Source of the DNA: Octopus sinensis
Lineage: Eukaryota
Length of the DNA: 64,000 nucleotides
Direction: 5' to 3'
Assembly (NCBI RefSeq): GCF_006345805.1
Contig: NC_042997.1
Span: 55,986,001 to 56,050,000, forward strand
Position 1 is the stretch's first letter, and the number at the start of each line of letters is the position of its first letter. This document shows positions 38,855 to 51,939 of the stretch, piece after piece. The notes under the pieces were generated by a model, which saw only the letters and a program-made list of their open reading frames with translations, searched no databases and had not been told where the DNA came from. The position numbers and the translations under genes were made by a program.

Positions 38855-39867
38855 ATGTATGCACATTTGTGCATGTGTGTTGGTGTTGGTCCCTCACCAT
38901 TTGACAGCCAGTGGTCAATAAAACAATGATCAAAGTAAAAATTAATACTGGGATTAATTTGATCAACTTAATCCTACAAGGCATTGCTCCAGCATGGCCA
39001 CAGTCCGATGACTGAAGCCAGTAATAAACAATTATCTCTATTAGCAAATTCCCTACTCCGCATCTCTCTTTTCTTTCTCACCCTACCTCTATCTGTCTCT
39101 ATTCTTTTTACTGACTTGTCTAATTGAACTGTAGGCATACTGGGGTACATGCATATTCTTTTACTCTTTTACTTGTTTCAGTCATTTGACTGCGGCCATG
39201 CCTTTTGTTTTTTGATTTTTTACTGTGGTTTAACTCTTTTGATCCAGCCCACCTGAGACCACCTGGTTCTAAACAAGTATCACTGCCTTCGAAGTGATGT
39301 TGTTCATTTATAGTCTGCCATGAAGAATATGTCTGACTCTGGGGAAATATTACCTTGTTTGGGAATAGGTGAGGGTTGGCAACAGGAAGGGCATCAAGAC
39401 AGAAAATCTGCTTCAACAAATTCTATCTAATCTGTGCAAGTATAGAAAAGTAGACATGAAATAATGATAATGATGATGAGTGCAGGTGCTCATTCTGAAA
39501 CTTTGTCTTTTTGACATTTTATAAAAGAATAGTTTTATCTTTATAAAATAATTTTGTTTTGAAATGTGGCCTTGTCACCCCCACCTGAATAAGACCATCT
39601 TTTGCTAACCATTTAACAACTTCTGGATAGAAACATCATTTTGTAAGCTTAATAAGTTACTAACATTTACAGATTTAATGAAAATCTAACATTCAGTGAT
39701 ATCAGTGATAAACTAGATACATAAACAAATGCATGGTTTAGAATTTAAAAAATGTGCCCATGCATTTGTATGTATACACCCACACAAAGACATAGTTTTA
39801 TAATAATTATTTGAACTTAATTGTGAGTTCTGGTGACTACCACTAAGTCACTCTTAATTATCAATGC

Positions 39868-40314
39868 CTTCTACATTGCATTACATATCTCATAGTGTGG
39901 CTGACTACTGGGGCACTACTGATGATTTAGCGACCATCTGTCTCTGTCTTCTGCCTCTTGCACTGCATCTCTCATCTTTAGGCCTGTCCACTCACAGATG
40001 TTTGTTTTCCCACCTCTTTCTCTGCTTGCCTCTGCAACTGCCCCCTTTGTTCTTTGAAAGATTGTTTTGGCCATTCCTGATGAGCACATGACATGCCCAA
40101 ACCATCTGAGCTTGTGTTGCTTTACTATTGTAAGAAGTTCCTTGTAGGGCCCTATTGCCTGCCTTATTCTTTTTTTCACTTCCTCGTTTGTGACACTACC
40201 TCAATATGATATTACCAAAAGTCTCCTAAAACATTTCATCTTTGTAACCTGGATTCTTCTTTCAATCTTTGCTGTCAGTGTCCATGTCACAGACACATAG
40301 GAATATTGAGTCAC
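39868..40314 (-). mobile_element. RTE-clade LINE 3' end (ORF C-terminus)
   Basis: TWTLTAKIERRIQVTKMKCFRRLL.ISY*..VTNEEVKKRIRQAIGPYKELLTIVKQHKLRWFGHV..MAKTIFQ.T..NICEWTGL is typical of RTE ORF ends. One stop and a frameshift are present. Confidence 0.85.
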
Positions 40315-40544
40315 AGCCCTGAATTAGGCACCAGATGAAGAAACCTAATTACTTCACTGACTAAGATGTCAGATTTTCAGATGTTATGCAGGGTCTTTAA
40401 AATATCTGTATGGAGTCAGAGGTGCAATTAATCTTTAACCATACTTATAGTAATCCTCCTCATTAAACACTTCTCTAATAGAAAATTTCAAAAAAATATT
40501 ACGCGACCAGACATCTTGTTTCCACTTATCTGTAAAACCTACAG

Positions 40545-40694
40545 CTTTGGTGAAGACAGTCAATATAGTGTTGTGAAAGCTATATTTAACTCTAACCCTC
40601 TCACAGGTAGTGCTGATTATTGGAATTTAGATTCTTTCAGTCTGATAACATTTCGAGATCCTGTGCTGATAACGTGGCATCTGCATCATTTTGA
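40545..40694 (+). CDS. Candidate exon (phase 2/2, 150 bp): xFGEDSQYSVVKAIFNSNPLTGSADYWNLDSFSLITFRDPVLITWHLHHF
   Basis: Acceptor ..TCTGTAAAACCTACAG, donor GA|GTAACA placed just before an in-frame stop. 49 open codons. Confidence 0.45.
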
Positions 40695-41594
40695 GTAACA
40701 ATATTTATGTCACAAGAGAGATTAATTGTGCATGCATGTGTGTGTGTGTATGAACCAAACCATAATTGCAACCTGCACCCACACCACAACCACTCTACAT
40801 ATAAACAATGCATAGTTAAAGCCTTCAAACTACCTAGGTTTCTCAGTCTATGTTGATTTTACAAGGTGAGCTCATAAGTACAAAACCACTTCCTTCAACC
40901 AACAAAGGCGTCTATATGCAATCAAGTGATCTGCAAGGATTAACAACCAAATCTTCAAAGTTCACATTACCATCATAAAATGGATGAAGTTACCATTCTA
41001 TTCCTTTCCCACCTGCCTCATCATTGTCATCATCATAATCCTCATTATCAAAGAAACTAATGCAATTCTTTCGTTCTCATCATCATTTTCACTACAAATG
41101 ATTCTCTTGCTTTTTCTCAACTTCTTTTTGGGCATAACCATATCTGTAAAAACAATGTTTCTCTTCATTATTATTATATTTGTCACTAGATTCATTGTTA
41201 CTGTTGAGCTGATTCAGAAAGCACTATTTATTGAAACACATTTCTCTCCATTGTAATGCCATGCTTTTAGACACATACAAAACATCATTACAGTCTCTAC
41301 AGCAACAGATAAAAAAGCAGAGGTTGAGAAAACTGCTAATGGTTTGCATTGGCACAAATTATACAATAGCTGGAAATGTCAGTTTCCTCCTTCCCCGCAC
41401 AAACTTCACTCATCTTTTACAGCAAACACTCTTTTTATCCTTAGATATGAAAAGGCAATAAACAAATAACTTTTAGCTTATGTATCCTATCTTCAAAATA
41501 TCTATGAAATTTTAAGTATTCATCTTCCATATTATCTATTTATCTGTCTATCAATCTCTCTCCCTCCTCCTCTTTCTCTCCCCCTCTGTTTGTA

Positions 41595-41630
<36 letters not shown>

Positions 41631-41780
41631 AAGGCGCAAAAATGGTGGGTTGACAAAATAGGACAAGCGTCTGGAGAAGGCATGATATAGAGAGGAATGG
41701 ATGGCATGTTGTGACCAGCGGTGTCAAAACGACACCTGACTGTCTGGTCAGTCAAGGTGATCAAGGGGATATACATAAAT

Positions 41781-41820
<40 letters not shown>

Positions 41821-42002
41821 TTACACTGTCTCACACACACTCACATGAAAGAGTGAGAGGCATTCAAGCATCACTTGTCCAATACTCATTTTTAGGTGAG
41901 GAAAAATGTGCTGCCCAGTCCAGGATTTGAACTTATTTTATGATTATGAACTCAACACCCTAACCACATATACCTTTATATATATATATATATATATACA
42001 CA

Positions 42003-42485
42003 CACTGGCCAAAATAAGTTTAAGACCGATGATGACAGTTCTATTCCTTCATTAACTTATTTTTAACAAAACTATAAAATTATTTTACTTTTTACAGTTT
42101 ATGTAGAACTTTTTTCTCTTTCGAATGATATAGGCATTATATATCTTTCTACAATTTGAATAATTTTAATGTGTCACACTGCTCAATTATTAAACAAAAC
42201 AGTGCAGTACAACCAGCCATATGACCACCCATTTGGTATATTAATTTGCATAATCTTGGTACGGTCTTAAACTTATTTTGCCAACAATTATTAATCATTT
42301 GAATTAATTACGCATTAAAAATTATTCAAATTGTAGAAAGACATATAAAGCCTGTAATCATTTGAAAGAGAAAAATATTCTACATAAACTGTAAAAAGTA
42401 AAATAATTTTATACAGTTTTGTTAAAAATAAATTAATGAAGGAATAGAACTGTCATCATCGGTCTTAAACTTATTCTGGCCAGTG
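42003..42485. mobile_element. Tc1/mariner-like MITE with TIRs of about 170 bp
   Basis: 42003-42171 is the reverse complement of 42313-42485, with one mismatch in the outer about 50 bp. TA follows the right end and the left end abuts a (TA)n/(CA)n tract. Confidence 0.85.
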
Positions 42486-43242
42486 TATATATAATACATA
42501 TATAATAATAATATTAGGGAGTATAACTCCAAACTTACAGAGAAAAATTCAATTTAGTATTAAATCAAATTTCACACTATATTATATAAATTAGAGAAAA
42601 AGCACTATTATGTAATTCAAACAATGATAGACGTAAATCATACCATATAGAAAAAATATAATATATGATAAAACATTTATCTAGATCACAAAAAGTACAT
42701 AATAATAAATAAACAGTATATAATTAGTATATAAATAAACAGTATATAATTGGTAATAAATAAACAGTATATAATTAATATGTACTTTTTTTATTGTTTG
42801 AATTACATAATAGTAGTTTTTCTCTAATTTATATATATATACACACACACATGTATATATATAAGCTTTTTCTTTAACTTGTTTTAGTCATTAGACTGCA
42901 GCAATGCTTGGGTACTGCCCTGGAGAATTTTTAGTTAAATGAATTAACCCCTTTTTTTATTAAGCCTTGTACTTATTCTGTTGGTCTCTTTTGTGGAACT
43001 GGTATGTTCTGGAGCATAAACATACAAACCCCAGTTGCCTAGCAGTGGGGGGGAGGACAAACAAAGACATACACACATAAATATATATATATGTACCACA
43101 GGCTTCTTTTAGTTTCTGTTAGCCAAATCCACTCACAAGGCTTTGGTCAGCCCAAGGCTATAGGTGAAGACATTTGCCCAAGGTGCCACTCAGTGGGACT
43201 GAACCTGGAACAATGTGGTGGGGAAGCAAGCTTTTACCACAT

Positions 43243-43420
43243 ATCATCATAATCATCATTTAACGTCCACTTTCCATGTTAGCATGGGTTAGATGGTTTG
43301 ACTGAGGACTGACAAGCCAGGAGGCTGCACCAGGCTCCATTCTGATCTGGCAAGGTTTCTACAGCTGGATGCCCTTCCTAACGCCAACCACTCCAAGAGA
43401 TGTAGTGGGTGCTTTTTACA
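43243..43420 (-). mobile_element. Family C repeat
   Basis: TTTAACGTCCACTTTCCATG..GGATGCCCTTCCTAACGCCAACCACTCC. Confidence 0.85.
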
Positions 43421-43440
43421 TGCTATATATATATATATTT

Positions 43441-44691
43441 TTCTTTCCATATAGAACATATATTCATAATTGTGTATTTTATATATATATGTATGTATGT
43501 ATGTACATGTATATTCCATGTAGAATATATTTCATAGTTTTGTTATATATATCCATATATCATGTGTATTCCATAACTTTTGACATGTATATTCCATAGC
43601 TATACCTCAACTTCATATGTAACCTTAAGAAAGTTTTTTTTATTTTTTACATAATTAAATAAATCAAAAACAAAATAAAAACCTAAATCCCATCAGTGTT
43701 ACTCAGCTATCATCTTTTGTAGGCTGTGGCTCCATACATGCCCCTCGCCCCACCTCTTCTGAAACAGCACTGTTTATATAATTTAAGCGAGTTGATGCTT
43801 CATTACTAACTTAATGAGGCATCAACTCTGTTAACTTATTCCTCCTCGAGTGCAGATTGACCTTAGATATGTAGTTAACTCCTAAGAGTATTCAAAATTG
43901 TCCTCAACAGCATGGATCTCTGGGGTTACCCTCTTTACATTTTCTAAATATTTTTTTCACCTAAGACAAATGTATTATCGACACCCATCATATAAGTACG
44001 AGTTTTGTGCATGTGTTTAAGTAATATTACATCTACCTTTCTCTTTTCTATGGTGCATATATATATATATATATATATATTTCTTTCCATATAGAACATA
44101 TATTCATAATTGTGTATTTTATATATATATGTATGTATGTATGTACATGTATATTCCATGTAGAATATATTTCATAGTTTTGTTATATATATCCATATAT
44201 CATGTGTATTCCATAACTTTTGACATGTATATTCCATAGCTATACCTCAACTTCATATGTAACCTTAAGAAAGTTTTTTTTATTTTTTACATAATTAAAT
44301 AAATCAAAAACAAAATAAAAACCTAAATCCCATCAGTGTTACTCAGCTATCATCTTTTGTAGGCTGTGGCTCCATACATGCCCCTCGCCCCACCTCTTCT
44401 GAAACAGCACTGTTTATATAATTTAAGCGAGTTGATGCTTCATTACTAACTTAATGAGGCATCAACTCTGTTAACTTATCCTCCTCGAGTGCAGATTGAC
44501 CTTAGATATGTAGTTAACTCCTAAGAGTATTCAAAATTGTCCTCAACAGCATGGATCTCTGGGGTTACCCTCTTTACATTTTCTAAATATTTTTTTCACC
44601 TAAGACAAATGTATTATCGACACCCATCATATAAGTACGAGTTTTGTGCATGTGTTTAAGTAATATTACATCTACCTTTCTCTTTTCTATG

Positions 44692-44700
<9 letters not shown>
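43441..44700. repeat. Near-perfect tandem duplication, period 640/639 bp
   Basis: ATAGAACATA occurs at 43451 and 44091. The only difference I found in the unique part is a 1-nt indel (ACTTATTCC vs ACTTATCC). The copies are bounded by (AT)n tracts. Confidence 0.95.
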
Positions 44701-44727
<27 letters not shown>

Positions 44728-47431
44728 TGTGTGTATATATATTGATATGTATGGTGTGGCTGTATATATATGTCTATTTGTATATATAAGCATACATACA
44801 CACATATGGAATGTTGATGTGTTTTGAGTTAGGGAAGTAGGCAACTACTTAATTTATGTTGCTAAGATCCCTGGTAATGGAAAAATATCTTGGTTCTAAT
44901 TTATTTCCATTGAAGTCTATAGATCTAATTAGCCATTAATGGATATCACTGGTTACAAAAATTAAAACAGAATGTATAGTCATTTGGTGTTCGACTCTAT
45001 TTGTCACGCTGGCGTGATCTACATCAATGTAATCATAATCATATATTGCATGTAATATTAATAATAATAATAATAATAATAATAATTACTACACATACGT
45101 GTGCATTCATAACTACATGCATGAATGCATGCATACATACACACACACAAACACACACATACACACTTACATGTACACACATTTGCAAACAAACAAAATC
45201 CAAAGTATATTCGAAAAGGTGACATATTTTCTCACAAGTCAAATTAATTGACAATTTGCCAAGAGATTTCCAGTATGTCTTCTTTTGACTTCAGCTATAT
45301 GTCACTAATATTATAGCTCACTTTATATGTCACTAACTTTGCAGATCAGCTATTGTATTCTTCATATTTTTATTTTCATGTTATATGGATGGCCTTACTA
45401 GTTTTCAACTCTGGCATAATAGAAGCTAATACAAAACAATCTGTTATGTGTATGTATGTGCACATGCATGTGTGTGTTGTATTGGCAAGGCAGCCAGGCT
45501 TTAACCATTGATAGAAAGATTGTTTGAATCCTGCTTATTATATTCTTTCCATTGATAACATTTTTACTTAAAACTTGGTATTTTCTTGCTACCTGCCTTG
45601 AAAACCTAGAAAGATTTGATAAGCTACACAAGAATACATTTGTAGTTGTTATTGCTATAGTTGTTGCTTGCCTTCAGGTCAGTCTTGAATGGGCAAACTT
45701 ATGATTAAAGGTATTCAAGAGATACCATTCCTTAATTTTTGATGGACTATATCTATATCAAAAGCTATATCTATATCATCCAGTATTTCATTCCATTTTC
45801 AAGATGGTATGGTATGATTTAAGAGAGATCTGGTTGCTATTCCAAGCATGTCAAGCAATCATTTTGAGGTTCCCTTATTAACATTTCAGGTTATGTTTTA
45901 CAGTATTTTCATATACAGCTTATCACAACTATTCTATGCATTACTATATATATTTTAATTAATTTCATGCATTGGAACAAGATGCTAAATTTGAAAGAAT
46001 GGTAAACAATTGGTCAAATTGACCTTAGTATACTACTGATAGTTATTCTATTGAACACTGAAAATTAAATGTAGCATCATTTCTGACAAGATTTGAACCC
46101 AAAGCATCAGTAAACCTGAATCAAAATATTATTTGGCATTTAGTCTGACAATCTTTTTTCTATAATTCTACTGTTCTTTTTTTTAAAAACAGCAAAGATA
46201 ACCAGGCTATTATTCTCAACTAAATGTCATATCCCACAGTAGGAGTGGTCATCTGCCAGTTTCTAATGATGACTTTTCCCAGTCATTAAAAGGCTCCCAG
46301 TTTATTCATTGCAACATACACCTGCAGATGGATGAGTCTTGCTGTTCAAAGCAGGAAATGTCAAGAGAAGCAGGTTCACCACATGCACATATGAACAATG
46401 TTTGCGACTTTGCAACATTAGGCTTTAACAAATAGCAGATACATCAGGCATATTTTCAGTTGAACATGCATATAAGAACTCCTGCTGCTCGAATATATAA
46501 TTTGTTGTGTGCGTGTGTGTGCATGTGTGTGTATGCGTGAGAGAGAGAGAGAGACTGAAGTTAATAGACACCAGAGTGAGCAAGAAGTGTGATGAGGAAT
46601 GAGAAGGAAAAGCTGGGGCCTGAGGCATTCACAGTTATGGAAGTGGATAGACGGGGAAAACTAGTATTATTGTTCTTAAGAAATGGAGTTTTTTTTTCTT
46701 TTGCTTTTTTTTTTTCTTAGTGTAAATACTTTGCTATAATGTGGAATAAGTAAAACTGTATTTTCTATGCAACATATTGTGCTCTATACACAGTAATTTA
46801 GTAACATTTACAGGGGAAGTGGTAGTTTTTGAAGTTTATCTAATACAGGTGAGAGACAGGAAGAGAGGAAAGGAAAGAAAGAGATGCAGAACATGGCAGT
46901 AATTTATACATAAGTATTAGACTGATTGTTATATGTTGCAAGATGAGTATTGTGATTGTGATCTGATCATGGATCAGAGTCAGAAATGAATGAGAGCAAG
47001 AGTAGCATATAATTAGAGTTTACTGTCAAAACACGCCTTATCTATGGCTGTTTGGGCATGGGGACAGGCATAATAGTATGTTAGACTACCCTATAAAGTA
47101 GTAACTATTATGATGTTTGGTAAAGTATTCAAAAGCAGTTTAGTTATTATCAAATATTGAGTTCTATTGATTACATATCTTCAAACAATTTATACAAACT
47201 AATAAAACCTATTATAAGTATCAATAATGTTATTATAAATTATTTTGTTTAGATTCTTATTATCTTCCTAATTAATGCTGTTATGATAAAGTAGTTTTGA
47301 TTAATGATCTATTACTCAATATGACAATATTCAATAACTAATATTTAGAGTCAATATCATGGATATTTTCTATTGTCTTTCCCTTAGATTTCTTTATGAT
47401 TTCTCTTACTGTAAAATGACCCTAAGCTTAA

Positions 47432-47651
47432 CCCTTTAGCTTTTAAGCTGGCTACATCCAGCCCGAATATTCTACCTGTTTTATGTTCAAACTGGTCAGA
47501 TCCTGCTTCTCACACTTACCCTACAACATCATTCTAAAAGTAAGCAATCATATATTGAAATCTCAAAGCTATGAGATAATTCATGATTAATCTTTTTAAA
47601 ATGTGAATAGATAAACATTACTTTTGACAGAATAATCTGAATGCTAAAGGG
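47432..47651 (+). mobile_element. piggyBac-like MITE
   Basis: TIR CCCTTTAGC/GCTAAAGGG. TTAA on the left, TTAT on the right. Confidence 0.8.
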
Positions 47652-49339
47652 TTATAATTCCTGAAATATAAGTTTGTGTAAAATAAAATTGATCATCAAA
47701 AACTTTGAACAGTAGTAATATATAAGAGAAGTTGCAGCCAAATTATTTGAACTCAAAACCACTAGATACTGAACTGAATACTAAGCAGCTACTCTGAATT
47801 TCTAACAACTATACTGCCATCACCACCATATATCAGAAATAATACAATATTTTATATTCATTTAAAAAAAAAAGAACTAAAAGTGGTAAACTCATTTATA
47901 AATGTAATTTTTTATGTTAAAATTCCTTTGAAAATTATGTTGCTAGTTTTACAACTACATTAGAACTACTTTACATTGTAAATTAACATTTTCACACCTG
48001 TCTCTGATCATTGAATTCAGTACCACTGCATAATGATGATGTACCATAACACAGCTAAAATGATTTCTAGTAAACAGGAAATCATTATTCTTTATTAGTT
48101 TTATTTTTTTTTACCTGCATAGACTTAATGCTGATCTTTTTGCATTTTTGATTCATCCTAAATTTAATGGAGTATCCAATCCTACTGAGATAGAAACATA
48201 GATACAACAATTTTAATTATTTCATTTGATATTTTATATAGCCTAAACTACCTTGATAACATCAGCTCCTTATGATATCAACAATTTACACCTTACATAT
48301 TGATTTATTTCACTTCAGTTACCAAGTGGATATGTTATATAATATATATATAACATACATACTACATACTTTGGTTTTACTACTTATTGCAGTTTAATAT
48401 AACACTTAGAGAACTAGTTGTACTAACTGTTCAGCTCATTTCCTTTTTTTCCTTTTTTCTTGTGTTGGGGTTTTCGGCTTTAATAAACTATGGTAAAAAA
48501 GAAAACAGCTATACATTATTTTATGTCCCTATGATAGCCTGATTTCAGTTACTTATTTCTCTTTGAATGTGTGTGTGTGTGTGTGTGAAAGAGATAAAGT
48601 GAGAGAGAGAGAGAGAGAGAGAGAAATATGTTTTTGTCTAGCTCTGGGAACTCTATATGTAAGTCAACAGTTATTTGCCTATTAGCAGTTCATATCTTGT
48701 TGGCTGTGCACTGTGCCCATGGGCAACACACTTCACTCTCAACACCTCTGTTAACTTAGCTGGAAACAGCTTGCTGCTGTTTAGCCCCAGGTCAGCCCTG
48801 ATCAAGTAGAGCTATAATTCCAGCTCCTGTGACCATACTATATTTTTTTTGACATAATATATCTAAGACTACATTATCTAATGTGCCCTTCCTTATTTTT
48901 ATGGTGTTAAAAGAGAGCTGTGATTGTTATTCTAACAGGGCAGACCAGCACCCTCCATTGGCTTGAAAACTGTTATTACTGGTATAAATAGTCACTGCAT
49001 TGTAAAACTGAAGCGTGTTTTCTTAGCGTAAAGTATACTGAGATCTATTAACTCCTTACATGCTTTAGATGCAGAAAGATGGTTTTTAAACCATAACATT
49101 CATTTCAAATGTAGAAGTGAAGGCCTAGGCTTCAAGTATCTGCTCTGCAGAAACTTTCTATATTGCTTTTTAAAATGTTCTAGAACTTCATTTATTGAGA
49201 TATGAATTGGATTGCTACAAGTCCACATCTTTTCCCCATAAGTGTCATAAATATAGATGAAATCACTTAAATCTTTTTATACTAATATCTATCTAGACTG
49301 TAATCCATGCTATGATAATTATATATATTTCTTATAAAA

Positions 49340-49490
49340 TGACTCTAAAAGAAACTCTTATTCAAAATCAAACAACTCTGGTTTGCATTTGTCAACCTGA
49401 AGAAGATATTTGACATGGTTTCATTCTTTGCAGTTTGGTAGGTGCTGAGAAAGCTAAGTGTACGTAACTGACTCAGTTCAAACTATGTTC
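49340..49490 (+). pseudogene. Short decayed LINE RT fragment
   Basis: AFVNLKKIFDMVS..W*VLRKLSV resembles the RT motif AFVDLEKAFDRVP..WALRKLGV. Confidence 0.35.
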
Positions 49491-49818
49491 GAAGGATACT
49501 GAAAGATTAAAATGAACAGAAAATTCAATAAAAACAGTTAATGTAAATAAGCAGTGGTGATGGTGGTGGTTGATGTAATATAAGTGCATGCCTGTATGTG
49601 TGTATGTGTATAATAAATGCAATGTTGTGAAATGAAAGTATCACAACACCATTAAAGAAATCTTCATGTAGTGCAGGGGGAGGGAATCTTTGGCAAATTA
49701 CATAAGAGTCTGTGGGGTGCATCTGTGCTGAGAAAAATAATGAATCTTTAATTCTTTAATTTTATTAATTCATAGGTATGTACTTATATTGAATTACTAT
49801 TTTGGTTCTAAGGCATAA

Positions 49819-49819
<1 letters not shown>

Positions 49820-49855
<36 letters not shown>

Positions 49856-49868
49856 TATATATATATAT

Positions 49869-49900
<32 letters not shown>

Positions 49901-49912
49901 GTAATATATATG

Positions 49913-49947
<35 letters not shown>

Positions 49948-50053
49948 GTATATATATATGTATATATGTATGTATATATATATGTATATATGTATGTATA
50001 TATGTATGTATATATATATGTATATATATATATATGTATAATATATATATATG

Positions 50054-50100
<47 letters not shown>

Positions 50101-50103
50101 GTA

Positions 50104-50151
<48 letters not shown>

Positions 50152-50334
50152 GATATATATATATATATATATGTGTATATATATATATATGTGTATATAT
50201 ATATATATATATTGTATATATATATATGTGTATATATATATATGTGTATATATATATATGTGTATATATATATATATATGTATATATTATATATATGTAT
50301 ATATATATATATGTATATATATATAATATATATG

Positions 50335-50375
<41 letters not shown>
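49820..50375. repeat. Long compound (TA)n/(TATG)n microsatellite
   Basis: Directly visible. It generates the Y/I/M/C ORFs in the track. Confidence 0.95.
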
Positions 50376-50504
50376 GGATTTTTAGAGAACTGCATACTGG
50401 CGAAGTTCTACCAGCATACAGTTTCAAATTTGAGTATGGGTAAAATTCCACCCTCAAGCAAGGAAAGTTATGGGTACTGCCCCAGTTACCCATGACTAAC
50501 TTAT

Positions 50505-50670
50505 ATAAAGTAATTACATACGTGTGTAGCTGCATGGTAAGAAGCTTGCTCCCCAACTACATTGCTCCAGATTTAGTTCTGCTGGATTGCACCTTGTGCA
50601 AGTGTCTTGCCTTGGATGAACCAAAACCTTGCAAGTGAATTTAGCAGACAGAAACAGAAAAGAAACCCTT

Positions 50671-50701
<31 letters not shown>

Positions 50702-51185
50702 ATATATCCATATATATATGTGTGTGTGTATATATATATATGTGTGTGTGTGTGTGTATATATATGTGTGTGTGTGTGTATGTATATATATATATGTATG
50801 TTATACATATATATATATATATATATATATATGATGACTGGCATCCATGCAAGTGGAGCAGTAAGAGCACCATCCGAACATGTTCGTTACCAGCATCGCC
50901 TTACTGGCACTTGTGCCAGTGTGCAGGTGACACATAAAAAAAAAACATGATTTTTTCGTGCCCGTTGCCAGTACCAACTGACTGGCCCTTGTGCCGGTGG
51001 CACATAAAAGCACCCACTACATTGTCGGAGTGGTTGGCATTACTAAGGGCATCCAGCTGTAGAAACTCTGGCAGATCAAGATTGGAGCCTGGTGCAACCA
51101 TTTGGTTCACCAGTCCTCAGTCAAATCGTCCAACCCATACTAGCATGGAAAGCGGACGTTAAACGATGATGATGATGATGATGAT
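50505..51185 (+). mobile_element. Chimeric SINE: family A head, microsatellite, family C body and (GAT)n tail
   Basis: Head GTAGCTGCATGGTAAGAAG..CACCTTGTGCAAGTGTC, then (GT/AT)n, then ..GGTTGGCATTACTAAGGGCATCC..GGACGTTAAACGATGATGAT. Confidence 0.7.
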
Positions 51186-51848
51186 AATAATAGAGAGCAA
51201 ACTTGTTTCCAAACAACAAAAAAAACAGAGAAACAAGACATGCAACATAAAGAATATTCCCTTCTTCAGTTGTCCCCTGTTTTATCTATTCCATGTTTTG
51301 AAGGTAAGGACAAGATGCGAATTCATTTAAACAGTCCTTCCCGCAAAGCGAATTAAATAAAATTTGAGATTTTTTGCAGAGGGTTAAAGTGGTAACAAAA
51401 ACAGGACAGTGAGAACAAAACAGTAAAAACAAATGGTGAGGGCTGTTAAGCCAAGACGATGTGAAGTGGTGAATGCTGGAAAAACGAGCTTTGGGAAGAA
51501 CAGATAAAAGCACATCTTTTGTCTTTAGGAAGGAAGTGAAAGAAAGAAAGAATGTCCATTGGTCACGTGTGAGCAACGAGAGTCAAGGAGGAAGAGTGAG
51601 AGAGAAGGAATGATGAAGGGGAGAGGAGAAGAATAGGGAAAGGATGGGAGAGAAAATCAGAAAGGAAGAAGAACAAGAGAGGGAGATAGATAGAGAGAAA
51701 TGAGATAGAATAAGTGTGCGCATCGTAATTATCAAGATAAAACTTACTTGGAAAAGGATGCGTGGCATTCAATCATATAATAATATTATATATATATATA
51801 CATATATCATCATTTAACAGACATTAAATGATGATAATGATGATGATG

Positions 51849-51882
<34 letters not shown>

Positions 51883-51898
51883 TATGTCTGTGTATATC

Positions 51899-51939
<41 letters not shown>

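Noticed and set aside
40985-41460. Basic/acidic minus-strand ORF (MPKKKLRKSKR..ENDDENE) and overlapping plus frames
   Set aside because: It is low-complexity (CAT/GAT-rich) with stops in neighbouring frames and no convincing donor that fits the exon chain.
42518-42545. GGAG-TATAA-CTCC-AAAC as a truncated hammerhead
   Set aside because: It lacks CUGANGA and the G of GAAA.
49434-49463. 30-bp exon candidate with a strong acceptor
   Set aside because: It overlaps a recognisable decayed RT motif, so LINE origin is more likely.
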